A stretch of DNA of 64,000 nt, from NCBI GenBank assembly GCA_951406725.2, contig OX597842.1, positions 29,698,001 through 29,762,000 of the forward strand, in the 5' to 3' direction. The DNA comes from Octopus vulgaris (Eukaryota). This document shows, piece after piece, positions 43,055-56,587 of this stretch (position 1 is its first letter; the number at the start of each line of letters is the position of its first letter). Under the pieces are notes generated by a model. That model was not told the origin of the DNA. It was given only the letters and a program-made list of their open reading frames with translations, and did no database searches. The position numbers and the translations under genes are program-made.

Positions 43055-44088
43055 TAGTTAACATAAGGGAACAGACAAAAATGCTGGAACGAAACCAACC
43101 ATGCAGTATAGACATCTAGTGGCGAATTCAAGAAATACAATCATATAAAGGGAAATAACTTCTACACTACATCGACCAAGCTCCAATTATTAATTAAGGT
43201 GCTCAATTAGCGATCGCTGACTCGCAGTTTTTATCTGAACAGGGTAAGTTGACAAAGATTTACTTTAAGGCTTTAATGATGATAATAATACTAATAATAA
43301 TATTGTAAATCATAGAATTCTGTGAATCTTTCGATGTTACAGTAATTATTTCGAAGCGAAAACATAAAAATATTAAGGAAAATATGTTAATTCGTCTTAA
43401 ATAATATTTTCTTCTTTAGATACAAGACCTGAAATTTGAGGGAGGTCGATAGTCGATCACGTCGGCACCAATATTTAACTGGTACTTAATTTATCGACCC
43501 AGAAGGAATAAAAGGTTAAAGTCAGCCTCGACGGAATTTGAACTCAGAACGTACCTCGTCTTAATTAATAACTTCCAAACTGAAATGTTGGTTTGTTGCT
43601 TGTGAAAACCTATTATCGGATGTTAGATGTGATATAGAGGAAATTTCTTTGTAAAATGAGAAGAAAATCGTACGGTATAAGCCATAGTCACCCGTAATAA
43701 AAAGGAATACGGGTGGAATGTAGCAGCGAAGACCCCAATAAAATATAAGCATAATAGTTAACATGAGAAGAAACCGATTGAAGTGCACCACATTAATTTC
43801 GTTTTGGGGTTTGGATTGCAAGATTCTTTATGTGGATTTGTGTGTTGCAGCATATTTTGTTGTGTCTAGGGAGAGTCATTTTGTTTTAATGCCTTATTAA
43901 TTAACACCGATTCAGTTTTCACTTAGTTCCTTTGTACTATTTAAGAACAGTGGTCCCGGTGCGCGCACTCGCGTACTCGCCCATCCGCGCTAGCTAGTCG
44001 TGACTAGTTGATCCTACAACGACTACCTGGCAAAGTAAATAATACATAAAACAAATAATTTTTTAAAACAAAGTAAATAAAACACAAA

Positions 44089-44970
44089 GATCTTTTCGGT
44101 TTGACCGGCAGTTTTTCAAAATAATTTCCACGTAACTAAACACTTTTAAACTTCGTATACTGGTAGAATGTGTTTATAAAACATCTTTTTCTCTTGGCTT
44201 TATTGAGAAAATTCTATAGTTTGTATGATATTTGTTGTTTTTTTTTCGCTTCAATTTCTGCAATTTCAACCAATCAATGACGTCTATTGAGGTAAAAAAA
44301 CACATTCTGTGCCGTATGAATATGTCCCTCGTTTAAGAAAGAGGGATGTTTTCGGTTTGACCGGCAGTTTTTTAAAATAATTTCCACGTAACTAAACACT
44401 TTTAAACTTCGTATACTGGTAGAATGTGTTTATAAAACATCTTTTTCTCTTGGCTTTATTGAGAAAATTCTATAGTTTGTAAGATATTTGTTGTTTTTTC
44501 TTCAATTTCTGCAATTTCAACCAATCGATGTCGTCTATTGAGGTAAAAATTCTATAGTTTGTAAGATATTTGGGTCTTTTCGGTTTGACCGGCAGTTTTT
44601 TAAAAATAATTTCCACGTAACTAAACACTTTTAAACTTCTTATACTGGTAGAATGTGTTTATAAAACATCTTTTTCTCTTGGCTTTATTGAGAAAAGTCT
44701 ATAGTTTATAAAATATTCGTTGTTCTTTTTTCTTCAATTTCTGCAATTTTAACCAATCAATGACGTCTATTGAGGTGAAAACATTCTGTGCCGTATGAAT
44801 ATGTCCCTCGTTTAAGAAACAAATTGGGTTTATTTACAATTCTGAAGAAAAAAAGATACCCTTAACCCTAACCCTTAAACAGATTGAAATGCAGTAGATC
44901 GATACTAGTTTAAAATTTTTTAGTTACCTAGAAATTATTTTAAAAACTGCCGTTCAAACCGAAAAGGCCC
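44089..44970. mobile_element. TIR element with triplicated left end
   Basis: Units start at about 44089, 44343 and 44572 (ttttcggtttgaccggcagttttt); one right TIR aaaaactgccgttcaaaccgaaaaggccc. Confidence 0.75.
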
Positions 44971-45227
44971 TGAAATTTTGTAGAAATACCTTTCCGCTGG
45001 TATTGATTTATATCGAAATTTGTTGTGAAAATCTTTACTTCTGTCTTTTAAGCAAATTTAAAAGTAGATCATCCTCTGCTGGTTCTTTAGTGTGCTGGAA
45101 ATAGCAGTCATCTTCAGACCTGTAGCATGACAAGCAAGGCTATCTTTAGTTTTAGGTTCATTTATCTGTGGGTTTCTTCATAAAACTAAGATAATCCACA
45201 GAAACGTATAAAAATATATTTGGATAT

Positions 45228-45625
45228 ACTCTTTTACTTGTTTCAGTCATTTGACTGTGGCCATGCTGGAGCACCGCCTTTAGTCGAGCATATCGACCGC
45301 AGGACTTATTCTTTATAAGCCTAGTAGTTATTCTATCAGCCTCTTTTGCTGAACTGCTAAGTTACTGAGACGTAAACACACCAGCATCGGTTGTCAAGCA
45401 ATGCTAGGGGGACAAACACAGACACACAAACACATACATGTATATATACATATATATATATATACGACAGGCTTCTTTCAGTTTCCGTCTATCAAATCCA
45501 CTCACAAGGCTTTGGTCGGCCCGAGGCTATAGTAGAAGAGACTTGCCCAAGGTGCCATGCAGTGGGACTGAACCTGGAACCATGTGGTTGGTAAGCAAGC
45601 TACTTACCACATAGCCACTCCTGCA

Positions 45626-45667
<42 letters not shown>

Positions 45668-45986
45668 CCCCAGGACTTATTCTTTGTAAGCCTAGTACTT
45701 ATTCTATCAGCCTCTTTTGCCGAACTGCTAAGTTACTGGGACGTAAACACACCAGCATCGGTTGCAAGCGATGTTGGCGGGGGGACAAACACAGACACAC
45801 AAATACACACACATATACATATATACGACAGGCTTCTTTCAGTTTCCGTCTACCAAATCCACTCACAAGGCTTTGGTCGGCCTGAGGCTATAATAGAAGA
45901 CACTTGTCCAAGGTGCCTCGCAGTGGAACTGAACTTGGAACCATGTGGTTGGTAAGCAAGCTACTTACCACACAGCCACTCCTGCA

Positions 45987-46022
<36 letters not shown>

Positions 46023-46410
46023 GCTTCTTTCAGTTTCCGTCCACCAAATCCACTCACAAGGCTTTGGTCGGCCCGAGGCTATAGTAGAAGACACTCGCCC
46101 AAGGTGCCTCGCAGTAGGACTGAACCCGGAACCATGTGGTTCGGAAGCAAGCTACTTACCACACAGCCACTCAATCCACAGAAACATATAAAAATATATT
46201 TGGATATCCAGAGTAAGCGTAACGAATCTTTTATCTTTTACTTGTTTCAGTCTTTCGACTGTGGCCATGCTGGGGCACCACCTTGAAGACCTTTTAATTA
46301 AATAAATCAACCCCAAAACTGTTTTTTTTAAGCCTTGTACTTATTCTATCGGTGTCTTGGTGAACTGCAGATGTAAAATCGAGTGGGGTGGTGGTGGTGC
46401 CAAACACAGA
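45228..46410 (-). mobile_element. Cluster of four SINE family A copies/fragments
   Basis: 45228-45628, 45664-45990, 46018-46170 and a degenerate copy at 46230-46410. Confidence 0.85.
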
Positions 46411-46563
46411 CACAAAATCATGTAACATAGAAACTCTGCCAGGTCAGATTGGAGCCTGGTGCTGCCATCTGGCTCACCAGTCCTCAGTCAAACCATCCAC
46501 CCCTTTATCTTTATCCTCTTTATCTCACTGCTTCTTTTTTTTCTATTTCAGAATATCACATCA

Positions 46564-46926
46564 TCTCTCTATATATAAACGGCAGTTTGTCTGTCTGTGT
46601 GTCTGTCAGGTTGTACCCTCACCCTGACCACGGCTTTCAACCGATTCTGATGAAACTTGACACACACATAGCCCAATGTCATAATTCAAAACTAACGCAG
46701 CGAAAATTTTGAAAAGTTCCCCCAGTTCTGAAAAAAATCGATAAATTCGACATGGGGTCGAGAATCAGAAACACAAACCACAGACTGTCTAGGGGACGCA
46801 ACTCGACCTTTTTAACTAAAAAAAAATTTACCATCATTTTTTTTCCATTTTTTGGCTATAAGTCTCTAAATATGCTTTATAGTTATTTCCCTTACAAACC
46901 CGAGCAACGCCGGGCGATACTGCTAG
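46564..46926 (+). mobile_element. Non-autonomous Helitron with a paralogous empty site
   Basis: Inserted at cacatcA^Tgttgac (uninterrupted at about 60710-60723), no TSD, TC...hairpin...CTAG. Confidence 0.92.
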
Positions 46927-47573
46927 TGTTGACATAAAAGAAATTTCTTCGTTCAGATGTGCCTTCGATATTCCTCATCAAATTTCATCATTTAAAGGAA
47001 GACGATATTTTTATAAGGAACATTCATCAATACATCAACTTCTTTACAAAAATATAATCTCTGACAGACAACAGTGAAATAATAATAATAATAATAATAA
47101 TGAAATTATTGTATACAGTGCTCAGGTGCCCCACAACTTGTCAGAAAGTGCATATAAAGTACATGCAGTAATGTAGAAATGTCTGGGAAGTGAACAGTGT
47201 ATGAGTCAGATACATGCTTGTGTGTGTATGGAGGGGAGAAAGATCAGGTGTGGTGTTGGCGAATCTCAGGAAGCATGGAAGTTTTGAAGGATGCAGTGAT
47301 CCGACAACCAACAACTGATGCTGGCAGTTTATCTTGTCTTCGCTCTCTGGAATGGAGAAGAGATGACTCCTTTACAGGTTAATTAAGCTTGGATAAACTT
47401 TACAAAAGAGTTGACAGTTTTCACCTGTTGATTTAGGTATAAAGATCACAGATGAAAGAAAGATTAACATTAAATTATTCTCTGAAAATAGTGATCCAAC
47501 TTCGTACAAACATATTCATAGAAATGAAAAAATCATTATCATTGTGATACGTCTAATTAATTATTCTCTCATA

Positions 47574-48626
47574 ATGGATAATTCAACTAAACCAAAAAAC
47601 TCTGATACAGGTGAGAAGCCGTTTCTTTGCATTACCTGTGGTAAATCATTCTCCCAGAAGAGTAACTTAACTACTCACACACGTACACACACAGGTGAGA
47701 AGCCTCATCAGTGCAATACCTGTGGTAAATCATTCTCTCGAGCCTGTCACCTGAGAAGACACAAACATATTCATACAGGTGAGAAGCTATTTCATTGTAA
47801 TATCTGTGGCAAATCGTTCTCCTCTGACAGTCCCTTGAACGTCCACAAACTTATTCATACAGGTGAGAAGCCATATGACTGTGATATATGTGGTAAGTCA
47901 CTCTCTTGTAGTAGTTACCTGACCAAACACAAACTCATTCATACAGGTGAGAAGCCATATCACTGTACCTTCTGCGGTAAATCATTTTCTAAAAGCAATC
48001 ACTTGTCTAGGCACAGACGTATTCATACTGGAGTGAAACCTTATGACTGCGAGATCTGTGGTAAATCATTTCCAGGAAACAACTCTTTCGCTCGTCACAA
48101 GCGTATTCATACAGGTGAGAAGCCATTTCATTGTGAGATCTGTGGGAAATCATTTTCTGAGAACTGTTCCTTGACAAATCACAAACGTACTCATACTGGG
48201 GAAAAACCATATGTGTGTGATATCTGTGGTAAATTATTTTCTGTATCTGGTCATATGAAATCACACAGACGTACTCATACAGGTGAGAAGCCATATCATT
48301 GTGATATCTGTGGTAAATCATTCTCATCTAATAGTCCTTTGACCAGGCACAAGCGTATTCATACTGGGGAAAAACCATATGACTGCGATATTTGTGGTAA
48401 ATCATTTTCTTGTAGTGGAGACTTAAATAGTCACAAACGCATTCATACAGGTGAGAAACCATATCGCTGTGATATCTGTGATAAATCATTCTCTCATAGG
48501 TGTTCGTTGACTTATCACTTAACTACGCACACAGTTGAGAAACCATATCATTGCGATATCTGTGGTAAATCATTCCCTCAAAATAGTATTTTGACTAAAC
48601 ACAAACGCGTTCATACTGAGGAATAA
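47574..48626 (+). CDS. C2H2 zinc-finger protein, 12 tandem fingers, single coding exon
   Basis: 12 CxxC...HxxxH units with TGEKP linkers; ATG at 47574. Confidence 0.9.
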   Translation: MDNSTKPKNSDTGEKPFLCITCGKSFSQKSNLTTHTRTHTGEKPHQCNTCGKSFSRACHLRRHKHIHTGEKLFHCNICGKSFSSDSPLNVHKLIHTGEKPYDCDICGKSLSCSSYLTKHKLIHTGEKPYHCTFCGKSFSKSNHLSRHRRIHTGVKPYDCEICGKSFPGNNSFARHKRIHTGEKPFHCEICGKSFSENCSLTNHKRTHTGEKPYVCDICGKLFSVSGHMKSHRRTHTGEKPYHCDICGKSFSSNSPLTRHKRIHTGEKPYDCDICGKSFSCSGDLNSHKRIHTGEKPYRCDICDKSFSHRCSLTYHLTTHTVEKPYHCDICGKSFPQNSILTKHKRVHTEE

Positions 48627-48889
<263 letters not shown>

Positions 48890-48890
<1 letters not shown>

Positions 48891-50070
48891 AACCTTGTGG
48901 CCTATGCTAGGGGTGTAACCAGTCCACTTGTGCGTGCCTTTTCTTCATTGGACACTAAACTCTGCTTGCGAAGACCAGTTGAGGCAAGTGAAATCGAAGT
49001 CGAAATCAAACTTGGTGACTGGCATCCGTTGCTAGTGGAGCGCTAAGAGTACCATACGAGTGAGATCGTTACCATAGCAACAAGCTGGCCTTCGTTCCGA
49101 TGGCACGTTAAGCACACCGTTCAAGTGTGATCGGTACCATGTCGCCTTACCAGCACTTGTGCTGGTGACATGTGAAATATTCGAGGAAGATTCTCGCCAG
49201 TGCCGCTGGACTGGCTCCTGTAAAGGTGGCACATAAAAAGCACCATTTGAGCATGGTCATTGCCAGTTCTACCAAACTGGCCCTCATGCCAGTGGCATGT
49301 AAAAGCAACCACTACACTCTCGGAGTGGTTGGCATTAGGAAGGGCATCCAGCTGTAGAAACTCTGCCAGATCAAGACTGGAGTTTGGTTCGCCAGACCTC
49401 AGTCAAAATCGTCCAACCCATGCTAGCATGGAAAATGGACGTTAAATGATGATGATGCTGACAGAAGGGAAACCACATCATTGTGATACATGTGGTAAAT
49501 CATTCTCTAAAAGCAGTACCTTCACTGTACAGGAGGTGGCCATATCCTTGTGATATGTGTCATGAATCATCATCATCATCATCATCATTTAGCGTCCGCT
49601 TTCCATGCTAGCATGGGTTGGACGGTTCAACTGGGGTTTGTGAAGCCAGAAGGCTGCACCAGGCCCAGACTTATCTGGCAGTGTTTCTACGGCTGGATGC
49701 CCTTCCTAACGCCAACCACTCCGTGAGTGTAGTGGGTGCTTTTTACGTGCCAGACGGAGCTGGCAAACGGCCACGGATGGATGGTGCTTTTTACGTGCCA
49801 CTGGCACGGGTTCCAGGCGAAGCTGGCAACAGCCACGAACGGATGGTGCTACATGCCACAGGCACGGGGGCCAGGCCGGGCTTTTACGTGCCACCGGCAC
49901 GGAGGCCAGTCGTGGTGGCGCTGGCAACGGCCACGATCGGATGGTTTACGTGCCACCGGCACAGGGGCCGGGCGAGGCAGGCAACGGCCACGAAAGAATG
50001 GTGCTTTTATGTGCCACCGGCACGGAGGCCAGTCGGAGCAGCGCTGGCAACAGCCACGATCGGATGGTTC
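48890..50070. mobile_element. Inverted pair of (GAT)n/(CAT)n-ended repeat family D elements (+ 48890-49455, - 49568-50070)
   Basis: The ends gtccaacccatgctagcatggaaa...gatgatgat are shared in opposite orientation; internal ggcac subrepeats. Confidence 0.75.
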
Positions 50071-50800
50071 GCTTTTTCAAAAACTCCACTTAGGTACACA
50101 TGTCAGTATTCACACACACAAGTGTAATGGTATGCTCTTTTACTCTTTTACTTGTTTCAGTCATTTGACTGCGGCCATGCTGGAGCACCGCCTTTAGTCG
50201 AGCAACTCGACCCCGGGACTTATTCTTTGTAAGCCCAGTACTTATTCTATCGGTCTCTTTTGACGAACCACTAAGTTTACTCTTTTACTTGTTTCAGTCA
50301 TTTGACTGTGGCCATGCTGGAGCACCGCCTTTAGTCGAGCAGATCGCCCCCAGGACTTATTCTTTGTAAGCCTAGTACTTATTCTGACTGTCTCTTTTTG
50401 CCGAACCTCTAAGTTATGGGGATGTAAACATACCACCATCGGCTGTGAAGCAATGTTGGGGGGACAAACACAGACATACAAACATACACCCTCACACATA
50501 TATATACATATATATGACGGGCTTCCTTCAGTTTCCGTCTACCAAATACACTCACAAGGCTTTGGTCGGCCCGGGGCTATAGTAGAAGACACTTGCCCAA
50601 GATGCCACGCAGTGGGACTGAACCCGGAACCATGTGGTTGGTAAGCAAGCTACTTACCACACAGCCACTGAACACAGTGATGACTTTGATTTCTGAAGAT
50701 GATTGTGTGGGATTTTTGAGGAATTTGTTCTGGGAGAATAAAGGAATGGGAATAACGAATAAAAGGTTAAAATGATGTTCATTTTGTCTATGTTGTCCTT

Positions 50801-50831
<31 letters not shown>

Positions 50832-51641
50832 CTACATCTCCCAGCAATATATACTCTTTTACTTGTTTCAGTCATTTGACTGCGGCCATGCTGGGGCACC
50901 GCCTTTAGTCGAGCAAATTGACCCCAGGACTTATTCTTTGTAAACCCAGTACTTATTCTATCGGTCTCTTTTTGCCGAACCGCTAAGTGACGGGGACATA
51001 AACACACCAGCATCGGTTGTCAAGCAATGCTAGGGGAACAAACACACACACGCATATATATACATATATACGACGGGCTTCTTTCAGTTTCCGTCTACCA
51101 AATTCACTCACAAGGCTTTGGTCGGCCCGGGGGTATAGCAGAAGACACTTGCACAAGGTGCCACGCAGTGGGACTGAACCCGGAACCATGTGGTTGGTAA
51201 ACAAGCTACTTACCACACAACCAGTCCTGCGCCTATACTCTTACTCTCTTTTACTCTTTTACTTGTTTCAGTCATTTGACTGCGGCCATGCTGGAGCACC
51301 GCCTTTAGTCGAGCAAATCGACCCCGGGACTTATTCTTTTTATAAGCCCAGTACTTATTCTATCGGTCTCTTTTTGCCGAACCGCTAAGTGACGGGGACG
51401 TAAACACACCAGCATCGGTTGTCAAGCAATGCTAAGGGGACAAACACAGACACACAAACACTCACATATACATATATATACGACAGGCTTCTTTCAGTTT
51501 CCGTCTACCAAATCCACTCACAAGGTATTGGTCGGCCCGGGGCTATAGCAGAAGACACTTGCCCAAGATGCCACGCAGTGGGACTGAACCCGGAACCATG
51601 TGGTTGGTTAGCAAGCTACTTACCACACAACCACTCCTGCG

Positions 51642-51725
<84 letters not shown>

Positions 51726-52658
51726 TAATTTAGAGATAAAACCACTATTAGGCAAATCAAACAGTGAAAACCATAAACCAAAACATAGAAATAAATATAA
51801 AATTTAAAATTTATATTTTTTAAACTTTTAATTTTTTAATATTTATATTTATTTATTAAATAACCATGAAAAAGGTATTAAAAAGTTTAATGGTTCCGGG
51901 TTCAGTCCCACTGCGTGGCATCTTGAGCAAGTGTCTTCTGCTATAGCCCCGGGCCGACCAATGCCTTGTGAGTGGATTTGGTAGACGGAAACTGAAAGAA
52001 GCCTGTCGTATATATGTATATATATATATATGTGTGTGTGTGTGTGCGTGTATGTTTGTGTGTCTGTGTTTGTCCCCCTAGCATTGCTTGACAACCAATG
52101 CTGGTGTGTTTACGTCCTCGTCACCTAGCGGTTCGGCAAAAGTGACCGATAGAATAAGTACTGGGCTTACAAAGAATAAGTCCCAGGGTCGATTTGCTCA
52201 ACTAAAGGCGGTGCTCCAGCATGGCCGCAGTCAAATGACTGAAACAAGTAAAAAAAAAGAGAAAATAAGATAATATAATAAGTAATAAGTGTTATATATA
52301 CTCTTTACTCTTTTACTTGTTTCAGTCGTTTGACTGCGGCCATGCTGGAGCACCACCTTTACTCGAGCAAATCGACCCCGGGACTTATTCTTTGTAAGCC
52401 CAGTACTTATTCTATCGGTCTCTTTTTGCTGAACCGCTAAGTGACAGGGACGTAAACACACCAGCACCGGTTGTCAAGCAATGCTAGGGGGACAAACACA
52501 GACACACAAACATATACACACACACACTTATATATATATACATATATACGACAGGCTTCTTTCAGTTTCTGTCTACCAAATCCACTCACAAGGCATTGGT
52601 CGGGCCGGGGCTGTAGCAGAAGACACTTGCCCAAGATGCCACGCAGTGGGACTGAACC

Positions 52659-52690
<32 letters not shown>

Positions 52691-52694
52691 ACGA

Positions 52695-52770
52695 TCGCAC
52701 TGACGAATCTACGGATAATTGGATTATATAAGTAATTCATTTGTTAATAGACGAAACCGCCGGTCTGTGA
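52695..52770 (+). ncRNA. Type-I hammerhead ribozyme motif
   Basis: tcgca-CTGACGA-atcta...tagac-GAAA-cc-gcc-gg-TC-tgtga; 5-bp stem I and GTC site, with an A-C mismatch at the base of stem II. Confidence 0.68.
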
Positions 52771-52934
52771 GTAATTCTGTTTTTTATATAGTTTTCACCT
52801 GTCTTGCCCACCTAATTGTTCTGGTGTTCACTGAATTTTCCTCTAGAGAACATTCTTTGTAGTTTGATTGTTGGTGATCTATTTCTAGCATACGGCCGAC
52901 TACCTAGCGGTCTTGACCTTTGAATATACATGTG

Positions 52935-52969
<35 letters not shown>

Positions 52970-52983
52970 AATATATATATATA

Positions 52984-53380
52984 CTAGCAGTATATCGCCC
53001 GGCGTTGCTCGGGTCTGTAAGGGAAATAACTATAAAGCATTTTTAGAGAGTTATAGCCAAAAAATAGCAAAAAAATGCATTAAAAATGGGAAAAAATGAT
53101 GGTAAATTTTTTTTAAATCGTTGACTCATCGTAGACATTTTTAGAGAGTTACTTCCCTTATATAATAGCGAAAAAATGCATTAAAATGGAAAAAAATGAT
53201 GGTAAATTATTTTTAAAATCGTAGACTCATCGTAGACGCGCGCTAATACCCAGAAGGGCTCGATATGAATCACGACTATAAGATACCCAGTTTTGGTTAA
53301 ACTGCACCGCAAAATATGGGAGTAGTTAGGAATCTAAATCGTAGGAGACAGACACACAACTTCACTTTTATATATAAAGA
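52984..53380 (-). mobile_element. Non-autonomous Helitron
   Basis: ctagcagta...cgcccggcgttgctcggg at the left end and ttttatatataaaga at the right. Confidence 0.82.
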
Positions 53381-53390
53381 TATATATATT

Positions 53391-53475
<85 letters not shown>

Positions 53476-53977
53476 CTTTTACTTGTTTCAGTCATTTGAC
53501 TGCGGCCATGCTGGAGCACCGCCGTTAGTCGAGCAAATCGACCCTGGGACTTATTCTTTTGTAAGCCCAGTACTTATTCTATCGGTCTCTTTTGCCGAAC
53601 CGCTTAGTGACGGGGATGTAAACACACCAGCATCGGTTGTCAAGCAATGCTAGGGGGACAAACACACACACCCATATATATATATATACATATATACGAC
53701 AGGCTTCTTTCAGTTTCCGTCTACCAATTCCACTCACAAGGCATTGGTCGGCCCGGGGCTATAGTAGAAGACACTTGCCCAAGATGCCACGCAGTGGGAC
53801 TGAACCATGTGGTTGGTAGGCAAGCTACTTACCACACAGCCACTCCTGCGCCTATATATATATATATTTAAATATATATATATATATTTAAATATATATA
53901 TATATTTAAATATATATATATATTTAAATATATATATATATTTAAATATATATATATATATTAAATATATATATATA

Positions 53978-54050
<73 letters not shown>

Positions 54051-54280
54051 AAGAAGGAGATATATTTAGTTTACAAAGAATTTGAGATGAACTAATCTGT
54101 TTTCGCATTTTTTTCATTTTCTGTGAAGCTAAAGGATGTCAACTATTTTAAGGACCAGAGTGGGAAGTTGGATGCTCCACCCATCCACCTGAAAAGGTTA
54201 TACTTAAAGTATAAATGATTAAGATGTGATGTGAGGTGATTAGAAAGTCGGTGGCTTTAGCAGGTGAGGGAGACACGGGA

Positions 54281-54581
54281 ATTTATAAGGAGCATTCATC
54301 AATACATCAACTTCTTTACAAAAATATAATCTATAACAGACGGGTACGAAACGGAGTAGAGGAACACTAATTATTAGACTTGGGTGAAATGTGGAGGAAT
54401 GATAACAACAGGAGGTACTACTAGCTTAACATTAAATTATTCTCTGACAATAGGATCCTACAACGACTACCCAGCAACCTGTGGAAAATCTTTCTTTTGT
54501 TGCAACAAAGTAAATAAATCATTTTCTGAAAAGAGTAACCTCTAGTAGACCTTTCTATACAGGTGAGAAGCCGTATCATTG
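54281..54581 (+). pseudogene. Scrambled zinc-finger locus remnant (patchwork of short templated pieces)
   Basis: Exact matches to 60797-60857, 61010-61037, 61429-61456, 61521-61545 and 61989-62013, interleaved with other local sequence. Confidence 0.8.
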
Positions 54582-55440
54582 ACATATAGGCATATAGTAT
54601 GTTGTGTAAGTGAAGTGCTTCTGTTAGTGTGTGTGAAGAGACAGAGTAATGTGTGAAAGAAAGAGATAACGGAAATTTTTTACTCGGTGTATGTGTATAT
54701 GTATGTATATTACTTCAAAAGTTCCCGCAAGCCCATACGTAAAAAAAAAAATATTTTTTTACGGAAATCGACGGAAAGGTCTACTAGAGACGAAAGATCG
54801 CCATTATTTTTTTTAAACAAAGTAAATAACACAAAGTAAGGATCGACTAGTCATGACTAGCTGGCCCGAATGCGCTACAGGAAAGGAAAAGATATGTTAC
54901 GAAGGCGAATTCGAGAAATACAATCATTTGAAGGGAAATAACTTCAACCAAGCTCCAATTAAATTATTAATTAAGGTGCTTAATTACCGATCACAGACTC
55001 GCAGTTTATATCTGAACAGGGTAAGACTAAAATTTACTTTAAGGCTAATAACAACAATGTAATTAATAGAATTATCTCGGTGTCACAGTAATTATTTTCG
55101 GAGTTTCGGAGAATTATTAATTAGACTAATTAGTGATCGGTCTGTGATTTGCAGTTTTTGTCTGAATACGGTAAGTTGACAATGATGATAATAATACTAC
55201 TAATAACGATGTAATTAATAGAATTCTGGGAACTTCTCGGTGTCACAGTAATTATTTCGAAGCGAAATCATAAAAACTTTAGGAAAATATATTTCCTCGT
55301 CTTAAATAATAACTTCCAAACTGAAATGTTGGTTTGTTGTTTGTGAAAACCTATGGCTTGGGCATGTTAGCCGTATGAAAGATGGCAGAATCCCCAAGGA
55401 CATACTCTACGGAGAGCTTGCTAGGGGTACTAGGTCTGTG

Positions 55441-55828
55441 TGGAGGCGCAATGGCCCAGTTGTTAGGGCAGCGGACTCGCGGTCATAGGATCGCGGTTTC
55501 GATTCCCGGACCGGGCGTTGTGAGTGTTTATTGAGCGAAAACACCTAAAAGCTCCACGAGGCTCCGGCAGGGGATGGTGGTGATCCCTGCTGTACTCTTT
55601 CACCACAACCTTCTCTCACTCTTACTTCCTGTTTCTGTTGTACCTGTATTTCAAAGGGCCGGCCTTGTCACTCTCTGTGTCACGCTGAATATCCCCGAGA
55701 ACTACGTTATGGGTACACGTGTCTGTGGAGTGCTCAGCCACTTGCACGTTAATTTCACGAGCAGGCTGTTCCGTTGATTCGGATCAACCGGAACCCTCGT
55801 CGTCGTAACCGACGGAGTGCTTCCATCC
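55441..55828 (+). mobile_element. tRNA-derived SINE family B, full length
   Basis: 12-bp TSD actaggtctgtg at 55429-55440 and 55829-55840. Confidence 0.92.
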
Positions 55829-56051
55829 ACTAGGTCTGTGGGAAGACCGCTCTTACGTTACAAGGATGTTTGCAAAAGGGACACGAAGGCCTGCAACGTC
55901 AATATTAGCGATTGGGAGGCAGTTGCCGGCAACCGTGGAGATTGGGGACGTACCGTAAAAGAGGGAATACAAAGGAGTGAAAGAGAGAGAGAGAGGAGAA
56001 ATGGAAAGACAAGAAAAGACGTCAACAAGAAACTACGACATTACAACCAGC

Positions 56052-56587
56052 GGTTAATATCTAGATCCGCACCCGGTGGGAAAAATGAGATCCGCACCCG
56101 GTGGGAAAAATGGAAACGAAAATGTGTAACAGTTGTAAGGCATCGTATATTGACGGAATAAGACGGGAAAAAAGCGCGCTGACAAACGGGGGGGGGGGGG
56201 CTCGGGAAATTCCCAGGATCAACCGTAGAGGCAAAAATGGAAAAAAATATGTGTAACAGGTGTTTAAACGCATTTCACACACATAGCCCAATGTCATAAT
56301 TCAAAACTAACGCAGCGAAAATTTTGAAAAGTTCCCCCAGTTCTGAAAAAATCGATAAATTCGACATGGGGTCGCGAATCAGAAACACAATGGTGAAAAT
56401 TGATGGTAAATTTTTCTTTAAATCGTAGGCAATTTTCCGAGCCCCTCCCCCCCGTTTGTCAGCGCGCTTTTTTCGTCATATTCCTTCAATATACGATGCC
56501 TTACAACTGTTACACATTTTCGTTTCCATTTTTCCCACCGGGTGCGGATCTCATTTTTCCCACCGGGTGCGGATCTAGATATTAACC
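56052..56587. mobile_element. MITE with ~155-bp TIRs and an 8-bp TSD (Merlin- or hAT-like)
   Basis: GGTTAATATCTAGATCC...GGATCTAGATATTAACC; TSD caaccagc at 56044-56051 and 56588-56595. Confidence 0.85.

Larger units (their letters stand above)
50135..53853. mobile_element. Dense SINE family A array (- 50135-50275, 50278-50669, 50852-51235, 51236-51645, 52300-52661, 53471-53853; + 51890-52250)
   Basis: Near-identical copies of the ~400-bp SINE. Confidence 0.88.

Noticed and set aside
43560-43940. Possible Penelope GIY-YIG coding remnant
   Set aside because: No convincing motif in translation; only its paralogy with 55300-57050 is supported.
55441-55515. tRNA gene
   Set aside because: tRNA-like SINE head continuing into a repeat body with a TSD; the same applies to the other SINE heads.
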